A stretch of 63,827 bases of DNA, the filler included, from Octopus bimaculoides (lineage: Eukaryota): assembly GCF_001194135.2 (NCBI RefSeq). It is 10 parts of 9 records of this genome, joined end to end, with 100 filler letters (N's around TTAATTAATTAA, not from the genome) between each part and the next. Parts side by side here need not be neighbours in the genome. Positions count along the whole stretch, not along the records: positions 45,343 to 51,993 come from NC_068992.1; positions 52,094 to 62,662 come from NC_069009.1; positions 62,763 to 63,827 come from NW_026315342.1; 7 more parts are not named here. The stretch is one strand, 5' to 3'. Position numbers and translations under genes: made by a program. How positions within the stretch are numbered: the first letter of the stretch is position 1; every line of letters begins with the position of its first letter. Below the pieces are notes generated by a model. It was given only the letters and a program-made list of their open reading frames with translations. It searched no databases and was not told the origin of the DNA. Positions 51,026 through 62,974 of the stretch are shown one piece after another.

Positions 51026-51441
51026 GCACAACAGACCTAATATAATGATTTGGGATAGAGAAGAGAAACTGTGCACAGTTGTGGAAATTAGGTGCCTAGC
51101 AGATGTTAACATAAAACTGAAGATCAGTGAAAAAGAGAACACATATGCTGAACTATTGAGAAATTTGCAGTTACTCTATCTAGATTACAAGTTCAAGTTT
51201 ATACCTGTAATCACTGGAGCCCTGAGATATGTAACATACTGCCTAAATACCGATTTTGAGAAATTAGGATTCTCAAAACCAGGAAGGAGAAAGCTAATTC
51301 GAAGACTACAGATCCAATCCATCACTGGAACTGTAAAAATCTGTAAAACTTTCCAGAAGTTTATCATTTAAATATATATGAGCATGTCTAGATGTGAAAC
51401 TATATACATGAGAAGACATACATAAAACATACAAATCTGCA
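51026..51441 (+). mobile_element. Second, diverged copy of the same R4/Dong-type REL 3' end
   Basis: HNRPNIMIWDREEKLCTVVEI...GTVKICKTFQKF, similar but not identical to copy 1; 3' UTR interrupted by an RTE. Confidence 0.9.
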
Positions 51442-51993
51442 CATACATACATGATGATGGCCGTCTACTCGTGACCGAGGGAGACCATTGCCGACCTTCA
51501 GGAACATTGTGCGCTCTAGGACTAACTTATATTTTGCATTTGCGGCTCCGTTGATGGCTAATGAGCCCTGCTCTTGACAAGCATACACGACTGCAAACAT
51601 TGCAGACCAAGCTTTCCCCATTCACTATACGAGCCGTGCGCTTTCATGCAGCTCGCTTAAGTTCTTCATGCTAGATACGTGCTCTCTCAAAAGTGTCGAT
51701 TCCCTCCTTAACCTGCTTCCTCCATCTGTGGCGATAACAGGCATTGTTCACCCAGTCAGTGTCCTGTATATCACAGGCCTTTAATGAGGACTTGACACAG
51801 TCCTTAAATCGCAGCTTTGATTTCTGCCGGAGTCTCCTTCCATTCACAAGTTCTCCATATAGCATCTGCTTAGGAATCCTGCTATCCTTCATTCTAATAA
51901 GGTGTCCAATCCAACGTAACCGGTGCTTGTGCAACATTGCCTCAATACTCAAGATATCAGCTGTCCTCAGGACCTGTGTGTCTGGAATTTATG
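51442..51993 (-). mobile_element. RTE-clade LINE 3' end
   Basis: IPDTQVLRTADILSIEAMLHKHRLRWIGHLIRMKDSRIPKQMLYGEL...CNVCSRVCLSRAGLISHQRS, short 3' UTR, CATCAT tail; in-frame stops. Confidence 0.92.
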
Positions 51994-52093
51994 NNNNNNN
52001 NNNNNNNNNNNNNNNNNNNNNNNNNNNNNNNNNNNNNTTAATTAATTAANNNNNNNNNNNNNNNNNNNNNNNNNNNNNNNNNNNNNNNNNNNN

Positions 52094-52144
<51 letters not shown>

Positions 52145-52145
52145 G

Positions 52146-52263
52146 GGGTTCTGTCTACCAAATATGATCACAAGGTCTTGTTTGACCCGAGGCTATAGTA
52201 GAGGACACTTGGCCAAGGTGACAAGGAGTGAGATTGAACAGGTAATCATGTAGCCACTCCTGC
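52146..52263 (-). mobile_element. SINE family B head, internally deleted
   Basis: Partial match to the B head and core. Confidence 0.65.
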
Positions 52264-52267
52264 GTCT

Positions 52268-52306
52268 ATATATATACATATATATATATATGTATATGTA
52301 CATAGG

Positions 52307-52369
<63 letters not shown>

Positions 52370-52575
52370 GTACATAGGTATGTATATATATATATATGTA
52401 TATGTACATAGGTATGTATATATGTATATGTACATAGGTATGTATATATATATATATATGTATATGTACATAGGTATGTATATATATATATGTATATGTA
52501 CATAGGTATGTATATATATATATATATGTATATGTACATAGGTATGTATGTATATATATATATATATATATATAC
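52268..52575. repeat. Compound repeat: GTATATGTACATAGGTATG units spaced by variable (TA)n
   Basis: Seven copies visible. Confidence 0.9.
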
Positions 52576-53061
52576 ATCGTATACAAATGGATGTGTGTGT
52601 CTGTGCATTTCCAGGACAACGAAAGATTGGAGAAAGTTAAAAAAAATACACAAAAAAAAAACACAAAGACAAAAACTTCCAAACCTCCATCAGAAGGAAA
52701 AAAAACCCAAAACATATTGAAAGAAAATTCTTGGAGTAACAGAGTTGCGAAGATTAAAACCGTCTTTATACCGGATGTGTTTAACAAAGAACAGGAAGGT
52801 GAGCATGCTGGATATCTAGTTGTCATAGCAACATTATGTACAGGAAGTTGAGAAAAAATAGACTGAAACACTTAAAAATAATGTAATGTATATATATTTC
52901 TTTAAATAATTCTGACAATTATATATAGTGTTAGGTTAATGGTTTGCAAGACACAGATGAACTACAAAATGGGTGTGTATATATGTGTGTGTTTGCGTGT
53001 GTGTGTGTCTGTGCATGTGTGTCTGTTTGTGCGTGTGTGTTTGTACGTGTGTGTGTATCTC

Positions 53062-53093
<32 letters not shown>

Positions 53094-53217
53094 ACTCTCT
53101 CTCTCTCTCTCCGTATATATATTTAGGCGCAAGCATGACTGTGTGGTAGGACGATTCATTCGACTAAAAATTCAATGTGGTGCCTCATCATGGCTGCAGT
53201 CTGAAGCAAGTAAAAAA

Positions 53218-53258
<41 letters not shown>

Positions 53259-53274
53259 GTGTGTGTGTGTGTGT

Positions 53275-53480
53275 GTGTTATCGCTCGCCATATCGCGGTT
53301 CACCTATCGCGTTCACCTATCGCGGTCTATTATTTAAGCTTACGTCAATCCTCCGTGGTGGTGTTTTGCATTTATAATAAAATATATATATATAAAAAGA
53401 ATAAAAAAAGATATACAGTACAGTACTGGTTTTACTTCACGGATTTTCACCTAACGCGGGGGTGGGGTGGAATGTTATAC
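53275..53480. mobile_element. Tigger/pogo-like MITE, right end cut by gap
   Basis: CTCGCCATATCGCGGTTCACCTATCGCG left end and CACGGATTTTCACCTAACGCGGG subterminal right end; related to 15346 and 27001 fragments. Confidence 0.6.
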
Positions 53481-54069
53481 NNNNNNNNNNNNNNNNNNNN
53501 NNNNNNNNNNNNNNNNNNNNNNNNNNNNNNNNNNNNNNNNNNNNNNNNNNNNNNNNNNNNNNNNNNNNNNNNNNNNNNNNNNNNNNNNNNNNNNNNNNNN
53601 NNNNNNNNNNNNNNNNNNNNNNNNNNNNNNNNNNNNNNNNNNNNNNNNNNNNNNNNNNNNNNNNNNNNNNNNNNNNNNNNNNNNNNNNNNNNNNNNNNNN
53701 NNNNNNNNNNNNNNNNNNNNNNNNNNNNNNNNNNNNNNNNNNNNNNNNNNNNNNNNNNNNNNNNNNNNNNNNNNNNNNNNNNNNNNNNNNNNNNNNNNNN
53801 NNNNNNNNNNNNNNNNNNNNNNNNNNNNNNNNNNNNNNNNNNNNNNNNNNNNNNNNNNNNNNNNNNNNNNNNNNNNNNNNNNNNNNNNNNNNNNNNNNNN
53901 NNNNNNNNNNNNNNNNNNNNNNNNNNNNNNNNNNNNNNNNNNNNNNNNNNNNNNNNNNNNNNNNNNNNNNNNNNNNNNNNACACTGGTTATCAAGTGCTG
54001 GTGGTGGGGGACAAACAGAGACACAAAGACACACACAAACATATGCATACATAGACACAAAGACACACC

Positions 54070-54120
<51 letters not shown>

Positions 54121-54149
54121 GACATATATATATAATCTTTTTATTCTTT

Positions 54150-56335
54150 TAAATGTTTTAGCCCTAAGGATGTAGCTAGCGTAATCACCTTTTAATTGGT
54201 CAATTCTATGTGGTTGGCTTTTGGTGAAGGAGGGAGTTCGACACTGCTGCCAGCTCTTGAGTTTCCTGCCTTGATATTGTTTCATCTGGGACCTTGCATA
54301 GCAAGAAGTTAAGTTGAAAACATCTACCCCCCGCTCCATAGATGTTCTGGCAGGGTGTTAAATAGTTGTGGGCCCTTGAACCCCAGGCTATTGCAGTACT
54401 ACATGACCTTCACCTTTGATGGGACTTTTGGAACAGAGCAGTGACATCCAGTTCGGGATCTGGTATAACCCTCAATTCCAACGTTTGGTTACAGCCCCTC
54501 CAGTGTCTTCCATACATATATCACTGTGTACCTCTCCTGTCTTCGCTCCAGGAAGTAGAGCCGTCGCTCTTTCAGTCTATCCCAGGAGCTCAGCTGTTCC
54601 ATTGATGCAGTCTTCCATGTGCAGCATCGCTGAATCACCTAAAGTTCTGCTATTTATCCGACACTGTAAGGAGACCCCAGTTGAGAGCAGTAGTCCAGAC
54701 GGATGAGGACAAATGCCCTCCATGGGACCAGTATAGTTTCCTGGCCCCATGTTCTTAAGGTTCTCAATGCATCAGGCCATTCGCCTGCATAGGGCCACCA
54801 TCTTGGTGACATGCGTGTGAAACAAGGCATCATTGTTCCCAAGATCTCTCTCCCAGTTGCTCACCTGTTCCATTGATGCAATCTTTCTTGGGTAACATCG
54901 CTGGACCGCCTCAAGTTCCGCTGTTAACCCGACATTGTATGGCGACCATAGTTGAGAGCAGTAGTCCAGACGGATGAGGACAAATGCCCTCCATGGGACC
55001 AGTATAGTTTCCTGGCCCCTANNNNNNNNNNNNNNNNNNNNNNNNNNNNNNNNNNNNNNNNNNNNNNNNNNNNNNNNNNNNNNNNNNNNNNNNNNNNNNN
55101 NNNNNNNNNNNNNNNNNNNNNNNNNNNNNNNNNNNNNNNNNNNNNNNNNNNNNNNNNNNNNNNNNNNNNNNNNNNNNNNNNNNNNNNNNNNNNNNNNNNN
55201 NNNNNCTCTCTCCCAGTTGCTCACCTGTTCCATTGATGCAATCTTTCTTGGGTAACATCGCTGGACCGCCTCAAGTTCCGCTGTTAACCCGACATTGTAT
55301 GGCGACCATAGTTGAGAGCAGTAGTCCAGACGGATGAGGACAAATGCCCTCCATGGGACCAGTATAGTTTCCTGGCCCCTAGTTCTTAAGGTTCTCAATG
55401 CATCAGGCCATTCGCCTGCATAGAGCCACCATCTTGGTGACATGCGTGTGAAACAAGGCATCATTGTTCATATCAATCCCAAGATCACGCACCATATGTG
55501 ATTCTAGGATTTCCGCTTCTTTAGGTCCAAAGTATCGCTGTTGCAACTTCTGAGCGCCAATTAGCTGGTAGTGAAGGGCTTGGAATTTGCCTGCATTAAA
55601 TTGCATACTGTTGTCCTCGGCCCATTTATATATGGCATCTTGGTCTTTCTGTAGAAGATTAGCATCAGAAGGTTCCTTGAATACTTGCGTCGTCGGCATA
55701 GCTAGCGATTGTGGCTGTTTGTGTAACTCATGCCATGTCTGAAAGAGCCATCATGAACCGCAGCGGCACCAACATAGTTCCCTGAGACACTCCACTTTCT
55801 ATTACTGTCTCCTTGGAGAGTGATCCTTTGGCTGCTATAGCCAGGCTTGTGTCTTTTAAGAAGTCATGCAATCACTCTCTCTAATTTCTCCAGTTATACC
55901 GAGTCCCCGCAGTTTGTGTCGTATCATCCCATGATGATCCTTATCAAAGGCCTTTGCAAAGTGGAGACATATCACATCCACAATTGAGCGATTCATGAAT
56001 TGCTTCAACACCCAGTGTTGCAAAAGCTGTGTAAGGCAGCTTCTTCCTGGGCGAAAGCCATGCTGGGTGTCAAGAAGTAAGTCATTATCTTCAAGGAACG
56101 CAATTAGTTTCTTCTTGACAATGCGCTCCACGACTTTCCTGATATGGGAAGTTAGACAGGTGTATAATTCTTAGCGTCTGCTCTGCTACCCCCCTTACTG
56201 ATAGTGCATATAATGTCTTCCTTTAACTTTTGGGGAAATTTCCCTGTTGTAAGGAAGCTTGGAGGATAATATGAAGTGACCTTACTAGAGCCCCCGTTGC
56301 ATTTCTTTAGGAGGATTGCTAGGAATCCGTCAACG
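54150..56335 (-). mobile_element. CR1/L2-type LINE, 5'-truncated and decayed, with internal tandem duplication
   Basis: NYTPVSLTS, QHGFRPGRSCLTQLL, FAKAFDK, RDLGI, LDYCSQLWSP, ERRQERY..IYVWKTLEGL and GPQLFN motifs across frames. Confidence 0.88.
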
Positions 56336-56592
56336 CTTATGGATTTGGTGGACGGAAACTGAAAGAAGGAGGGAGGGAGAACAAGACAGAACCAGTCCTC
56401 AACCACATGGTCCAAGAAATTGTTAAGCTATGGGAATGTAAACGCACCAACATTGATTATCAAGTGCCAAGTGGGAACAAACACAGATAGACAGACATAC
56501 ACGCACACCCACACACGCCTACACACATACAAACATAGCCATACACGCACACACACATACTTATGTATATAAATAACACAGATGGGTTGAGG

Positions 56593-56678
56593 TTCACTAC
56601 AGCTGTTTCGGACGTGTTTTTTTTTTTATTGATGAACAAATCAAGTATATCATGAAAAAACCGTTTACTTCAGGTGAA
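56593..56678 (-). ncRNA. Decayed type I hammerhead-ribozyme-like motif
   Basis: Minus strand TTCAC-CTGAAGTA...CGAAACAGCTGTA-GTGAA: perfect 5-bp stem I, palindromic stem III, GUA site; the conserved A9 position is T. Confidence 0.5.
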
Positions 56679-56772
56679 ATAAAATTAAAAGTTGAAATTT
56701 AATATCTAAGATTTAGTCCATAAAATGAAGAATGTATTTTGACACCTTTCACCTCCATGACGATCAACGCAA

Positions 56773-56926
56773 CAGGCTTCTTTCAGTTTCTGTCTACCAA
56801 ATCCACTCTGAAGGCTTTGGTCGACCAAGGATATCGCAGGAGACACTTGCCGAAGATGCCATGCAGTAGAACTGAACCTAGAACCATGTGATTGGAATGT
56901 ACACTCCTTACCACACAGCCACGCCT
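56773..56926 (-). mobile_element. SINE family B 5' half
   Basis: Matches the B head and core. Confidence 0.8.
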
Positions 56927-57000
56927 AGTTATGTGTGCTATAACAAACACATAAAAAATACACGCACATACTTCAATTACATTGCATCATGCACAGTATA

Positions 57001-57051
<51 letters not shown>

Positions 57052-57696
57052 ACACACACATATTTGGTGTGATAAATAATAACTTTAAACTCTGTGCGAC
57101 CTCTTAGTAATATATTTACGATATAGGAACATCATAATTGGTAAAAGTATAACAGAGGGANNNNNNNNNNNNNNNNNNNNNNNNNNNNNNNNNNNNNNNN
57201 NNNNNNNNNNNNNNNNNNNNNNNNNNNNNNNNNNNNNNNNNNNNNNNNNNNNNNNNNNNNNNNNNNNNNNNNNNNNNNNNNNNNNNNNNNNNNNNNNNNN
57301 NNNNNNNNNNNNNNNNNNNNNNNNNNNNNNNNNNNNNNNNNNNNNNNNNNNNNNNNNNNNNNNNNNNNNNNNNNNNNNNNNNNNNNTTTAGCGAGCGGGG
57401 AGGGGGGAAGAGATTGGGGGTGTGGCTGGGGTGGGGGTTAAGGAAGATTGTATTTCCTGTCAGGTATGTGTGTAATGGATGTCTTATTAAATTGATTGTC
57501 AACGTGGGATGAGTGGGGGAAGGTCGGATGGGATGTGATTATGTGTGTGTATGGGTGTGTGTGTATATACACGTATGCTTGTTTGTATGTGTGTGTGTGT
57601 GTGTGACTTCTTGTCTTTCTCTCTCTCTCTCTCTCTGTATACGTCTGTATGTAGATATATATGTATATATAAGATATACATGTATATATATGTATG

Positions 57697-57733
<37 letters not shown>

Positions 57734-57782
57734 GAGTATATACATATGTATATACGCACACATGCACATACACACACACACA

Positions 57783-57824
<42 letters not shown>

Positions 57825-57845
57825 CATACATACATACATTTTCGA

Positions 57846-57936
57846 ACAGGTGTGGCCGTGTGGTAAGAAGTTTGTTTCCAACCCCATAGTTTCGAGCTCA
57901 GTCCCACTGCATGGCATCTTGGGCAAGTGTTTTTCC
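57846..57936 (+). mobile_element. SINE family B head
   Basis: GTGTGGCCGTGTGGTAAGAAG...TCTTGGGCAAGTG, ends at a gap. Confidence 0.8.
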
Positions 57937-58855
57937 ANNNNNNNNNNNNNNNNNNNNNNNNNNNNNNNNNNNNNNNNNNNNNNNNNNNNNNNNNNNNNNN
58001 NNNNNNNNNNNNNNNNNNNNNNNNNNNNNNNNNNNNNNNNNNNNNNNNNNNNNNNNNNNNNNNNNNNNNNNNNNNNNNNNNNNNNNNNNNNNNNNNNNNN
58101 NNNNNNNNNNNNNNNNNNNNNNNNNNNNNNNNNNNNNNNNNNNNNNNNNNNNNNNNNNNNNNNNNNNNNNNNNNNNNNNNNNNNNNNNNNNNNNNNNNNN
58201 NNNNNNNNNNNNNNNNNNNNNNNNNNNNNNNNNNNNNNNNNNNNNNNNNNNNNNNNNNNNNNNNNNNNNNNNNNNNNNNNNNNNNNNNNNNNNNNNNNNN
58301 NNNNNNNNNNNNNNNNNNNNNNNNNNNNNNNNNNNNNNNNNNNNNNNNNNNNNNNNNNNNNNNNNNNNNNNNNNNNNNNNNNNNNNNNNNNNNNNNNNNN
58401 NNNNNNNNNNNNNNNNNNNNNNNNNNNNNNNNNNNNNNNNNNNNNNNNNNNNNNNNNNNNNNNNNNNNNNNNNNNNNNNNNNNNNNNNNNNNNNNNNNNN
58501 NNNNNNNNNNNNNNNNNNNNNNNNNNNNNNNNNNNNNNNNNNNNNNNNNNNNNNNNNNNNNNNNNNNNNNNNNNNNNNNNNNNNNNNNNNNNNNNNNNNN
58601 NNNNNNNNNNNNNNNNNNNNNNNNNNNNNNNNNNNNNNNNNNNNNNNNNNNNNNNNNNNNNNNNNNNNNNNNNNNNNNNNNNNNNNNNNNNNNNNNNNNN
58701 NNNNNNNNNNNNNNNNNNNNNNNNNNNNNNNNNNNNNNNNNNNNNNNNNNNNNNNNNNNNNNNNNNNNNNNNNNNNNNNNNNNNNNNNNNNNNNNNNNNN
58801 NNNNNNNNNNNNNNNNNNNNNNNNNNNNNNNNNNNNNNNNNNNNNNNNNNNNNNN

Positions 58856-58965
58856 GTTTTGGTCAGCCCGAGGCTTTAGTGTAAGACACTTACCCAAGGT
58901 GCCATGCAGTGGAACTGAACCCGGAACCATGTGGTTGGGAAGCAAGCTTCTTACCACACAACCAC
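58856..58965 (-). mobile_element. SINE family B head
   Basis: Inverted relative to 57846; begins at the gap edge. Confidence 0.82.
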
Positions 58966-59413
58966 ATGTGTGTGTGTGTGTGTATGGATGTGTACACAGG
59001 TATAAAATAAAGGTGTTGCTCGGATACAAAAACGTGGAATTTAATGCCAGGAACTGTTGTCAAGTATCAGTGTTAAGCTCTCCTCTTTGCTTCTCGCTCA
59101 ACAGACTCTCCTTCTCCCCTTCCTCCTCACTCTCCTTCTTCTCCAATCTCTTCGTTTCTCAAGTGTTGTATTAATTATGTAAGAGATATTATCTTGTCTC
59201 ACGTTTCCATTGATCAATCCTCTTACACCGAACAGCGGAGCTTCCATCACCGTCCACTCTGTGTGCGTTCATGGATTCTGAGGATTGCGTATAGTAGTAG
59301 TGATAGTAGTGGTAGAAGTAGTAGTAGTGTTGGTGGTGTTGGTGCTGGTAGTAGTACTACTAGCTGTAGACATGGTGGTGGTTGTGGTAGTGGTTGCTTT
59401 GATGGTGGAAGTC

Positions 59414-59459
<46 letters not shown>

Positions 59460-59673
59460 ACGTGGTGGTGTTGTGGTAGTGGTTGCTTTGATGGTAGAAG
59501 TGGAAGTCGTAGTAGTAGTAGACGTGGTGGTGTTGTGGTAGTGGTCGTGTTGTTATTTGTAATATTGGTGGCTTTTGTGGTAGTAGTGGTGGTGGTGGTG
59601 ACACTAGTAGTAGTAGCAGCAGTAGTAATAGTGGAAGTGGTGGTGCTGGTACTAATAGGTTACGAAGTAGTAA

Positions 59674-60270
59674 CAGCAGCCAAATCTCCCTCAAAACACA
59701 CCGTACTGTCTTATCTATGTATATATGTATGTATAAACCAATGAGGGAGACCTCTACATGGTAGCTTGACCTGGTAGAAATAGTAACCACATCACCCTCA
59801 AATCACACCCCAATAAAAGAAGCCTTTACAGGGTAACTAGACCTTAGAGGAATAGCAGCCAAACCTCCCTCAAATCACATCCTATTGTCTTTTGTATGTA
59901 TATATGTATGTATGAGCCAATGAGGGAGACCTTTACATGGTAGCTTGACCTGACAGAAATAGCAGCTACATCACCCTCATATCACACCCTACTGTCTTGT
60001 ATGTATGAGCCAATGAGGAAGATCATCACATGATAACTAGACCTGATAGAAATAGCAGTCAAATCTCCCTCAAAACACACCCTGCTGTTTTATCTATGTA
60101 TATATGTATGCATGAACCAATATGGGAGACCTGTATATGGTAGCTAGACCTGGTAGAAATAGCAGCCAAATCTCTTTCAAATCACACCCTACTGTCTTAT
60201 CTATGAATATATTTCTTTATAAGCCAATGAGAGAAACCTCTAGGTGCTAGAAATAGCAGCCAAATCTTGA
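59674..60270. repeat. Tandem array of seven 72-107-bp units derived from an interspersed repeat
   Basis: Units start AATAGCAGCCAAATCTCCCTCAAATCACACCCTACTGTC at ~59674, 59778, 59850, 59957, 60050, 60157 and 60250; related dispersed pieces at ~9750-9940, 36170-36285 and 62040-62340. Confidence 0.85.
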
Positions 60271-60432
60271 AATTGCATCTCATCAACTTCAGAATGAATG
60301 GATATATTTGATAATGCTGATGCACTATCTTTGAATTAAAAAATGGGATGGTCACGGCTGGAACATCTTTGATCATAAGCTAACTATTCTACTGCACATT
60401 AGATAGTGTAGTCCTAGATACATTATCTTTTA

Positions 60433-60620
60433 TGTTTTACTTGTTTCAGTCATTCGACTATGGCCATGCTGGGGCACAACTTTGAAAGATTTTAATCCAA
60501 CAAATCCACACCAGTACTTACTTCTTAAAGCCTGGCATTTATGATATTGATCCCTTTTGCTGAACTGCTAAGTTACACTAATACCAGTTGTCAAAGGTGG
60601 GTGGGGGGACAAAAAGACAT
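60433..60620 (-). mobile_element. SINE family B 3' half, diverged
   Basis: Matches the B 3' end. Confidence 0.75.
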
Positions 60621-60749
60621 ACAAAAACACATAAGTATACAATTTGTATTTCATGAAGGGTTTTTCGTCTTCGTCTTTGGAATTAATTAGATTTCGCAAC
60701 AATTTGTAGAATGCATATTGGTTCTGTACCAACATGGATTAGAATTTTC

Positions 60750-60782
<33 letters not shown>

Positions 60783-61587
60783 NNNNNNNNNNNNNNNNNN
60801 NNNNNNNNNNNNNNNNNNNNNNNNNNNNNNNNNNNNNNNNNNNNNNNNNNNNNNNNNNNNNNNNNNNNNNNNNNNNNNNNNNNNNNNNNNNNNNNNNNNN
60901 NNNNNNNNNNNNNNNNNNNNNNNNNNNNNNNNNNNNNNNNNNNNNNNNNNNNNNNNNNNNNNNNNNNNNNNNNNNNNNNNNNNNNNNNNNNNNNNNNNNN
61001 NNNNNNNNNNNNNNNNNNNNNNNNNNNNNNNNNNNNNNNNNNNNNNNNNNNNNNNNNNNNNNNNNNNNNNNNNNNNNNNNNNNNNNNNNNNNNNNNNNNN
61101 NNNNNNNNNNNNNNNNNNNNNNNNNNNNNNNNNNNNNNNNNNNNNNNNNNNNNNNNNNNNNNNNNNNNNNNNNNNNNNNNNNNNNNNNNNNNNNNNNNNN
61201 NNNNNNNNNNNNNNNNNNNNNNNNNNNNNNNNNNNNNNNNNNNNNNNNNNNNNNNNNNNNNNNNNNNNNNNNNNNNNNNNNNNNNNNNNNNNNNNNNNNN
61301 NNNNNNNNNNNNNNNNNNNNNNNNNNNNNNNNNNNNNNNNNNNNNNNNNNNNNNNNNNNNNNNNNNNNNNNNNNNNNNNNNNNNNNNNNNNNNNNNNNNN
61401 NNNNNNNNNNNNNNNNNNNNNNNNNNNNNNNNNNNNNNNNNNNNNNNNNNNNNNNNNNNNNNNNNNNNNNNNNNNNNNNNNNNNNNNNNNNNNNNNNNNN
61501 NNNNNNNNNNNNNNNNNNNNNNNNNNNNNNNNNNNNNNNNNNNNNNNNNNNNNNNNNNNNNNNNNNNNNNNNNNNNNNNNNNNNNNN

Positions 61588-61713
61588 GATGCCAAGATAT
61601 CAAAAATTGTCAAAGTGAAGTACAACAGTTTTGCTATGGAATTGTGAAAATATATTTTCATTTTCTGAAAAAGCAACGTTTTGGACTTACAACACTTTTA
61701 CATAATTGCAACG

Positions 61714-61714
<1 letters not shown>
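61588..61714. mobile_element. Right half of the MITE family seen at 23451
   Basis: Aligns with 23575-23704; ends CATAATTGCAACGA followed by TA repeats. Confidence 0.7.
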
Positions 61715-61757
<43 letters not shown>

Positions 61758-61886
61758 GGTTTAGATATAGATTCAAGGCTTGAATATGGTACTTATGCGA
61801 AGGCACCCGAATATCGCATCCCAAAAGGATGGGTGATTATATATATATATACATATATATATACGTACATATATATATATGTACAT

Positions 61887-62030
61887 TATGGGCTTCTTTC
61901 AGTTTCCGTCTACCAAATCCACTCACAAAGCTTTGCTCAGCCGATGAAGATACTTGCCAAAGGTGCCACGCAGTGGGACTGAACCCTGAACCATGTCATT
62001 GGGAATCAAAGTTTTTACCACATAGCCACA
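61887..62030 (-). mobile_element. SINE family B 5' half
   Basis: Matches the B head and core. Confidence 0.82.
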
Positions 62031-62372
62031 CCTTAATTGCCGATGGGGGTGGTCACAGAACATCTTTGGTTATAGGTCTGCTGGGTCGGGGCTGGTCTGG
62101 GACTAAAAAGCAACAACTATAGCCACTAATACAACTACTATACAACACATTAGATAATGTAGTCCAAGGTACACTATAGCAACTAAGACAAACAACTATA
62201 CTATATATTATCTAGTGAAATCTCAGATATGCTATGTATGAATTGCAGACGAGATGGTCACTATTAGAATATATTTGATCATAGGTCTACTAGACTGAGA
62301 CCGACCTGGGGCTAAACAACAACAACAACAAGAGTACAAACCAACACATGACACAATCACTACTACTCATAA

Positions 62373-62404
<32 letters not shown>

Positions 62405-62561
62405 GGTTCCATTCTACCTTTGCTAATGACATTCTGTCTGTCTGTGGAATTCTTCAGCTCCAGGAAGTCCACAGGAGTCGAGATATTTGGTAATTATATT
62501 CCAATGCTACCTACAGACTTACTGACGTCACGGACATATTAAACCCTCTGGCACACACACC

Positions 62562-62622
<61 letters not shown>

Positions 62623-62918
62623 CATGTATTAAATTCGAAATATATATATACATACATACATANNNNNNNNNNNNNNNNNNNNNNNNNNNNNNNNNNNNNN
62701 NNNNNNTTAATTAATTAANNNNNNNNNNNNNNNNNNNNNNNNNNNNNNNNNNNNNNNNNNNNGTATGTATGTATAGTTTAATGTATATAAGTATGTAACT
62801 ATATATACATGATTCAGAATTATGCATGAAACATATTTACAAATACCTGAGGTAACGTATGGGAGCAAAAATGAAATGTTTTGTGGGATAATACTTCACT
62901 GCCCTCACAGATACTACG

Positions 62919-62974
<56 letters not shown>

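Noticed and set aside
59269-59790. 173-aa Thr-rich ORF
   Set aside because: Built from GTA/GTG simple repeats and starts inside a dispersed-repeat array.
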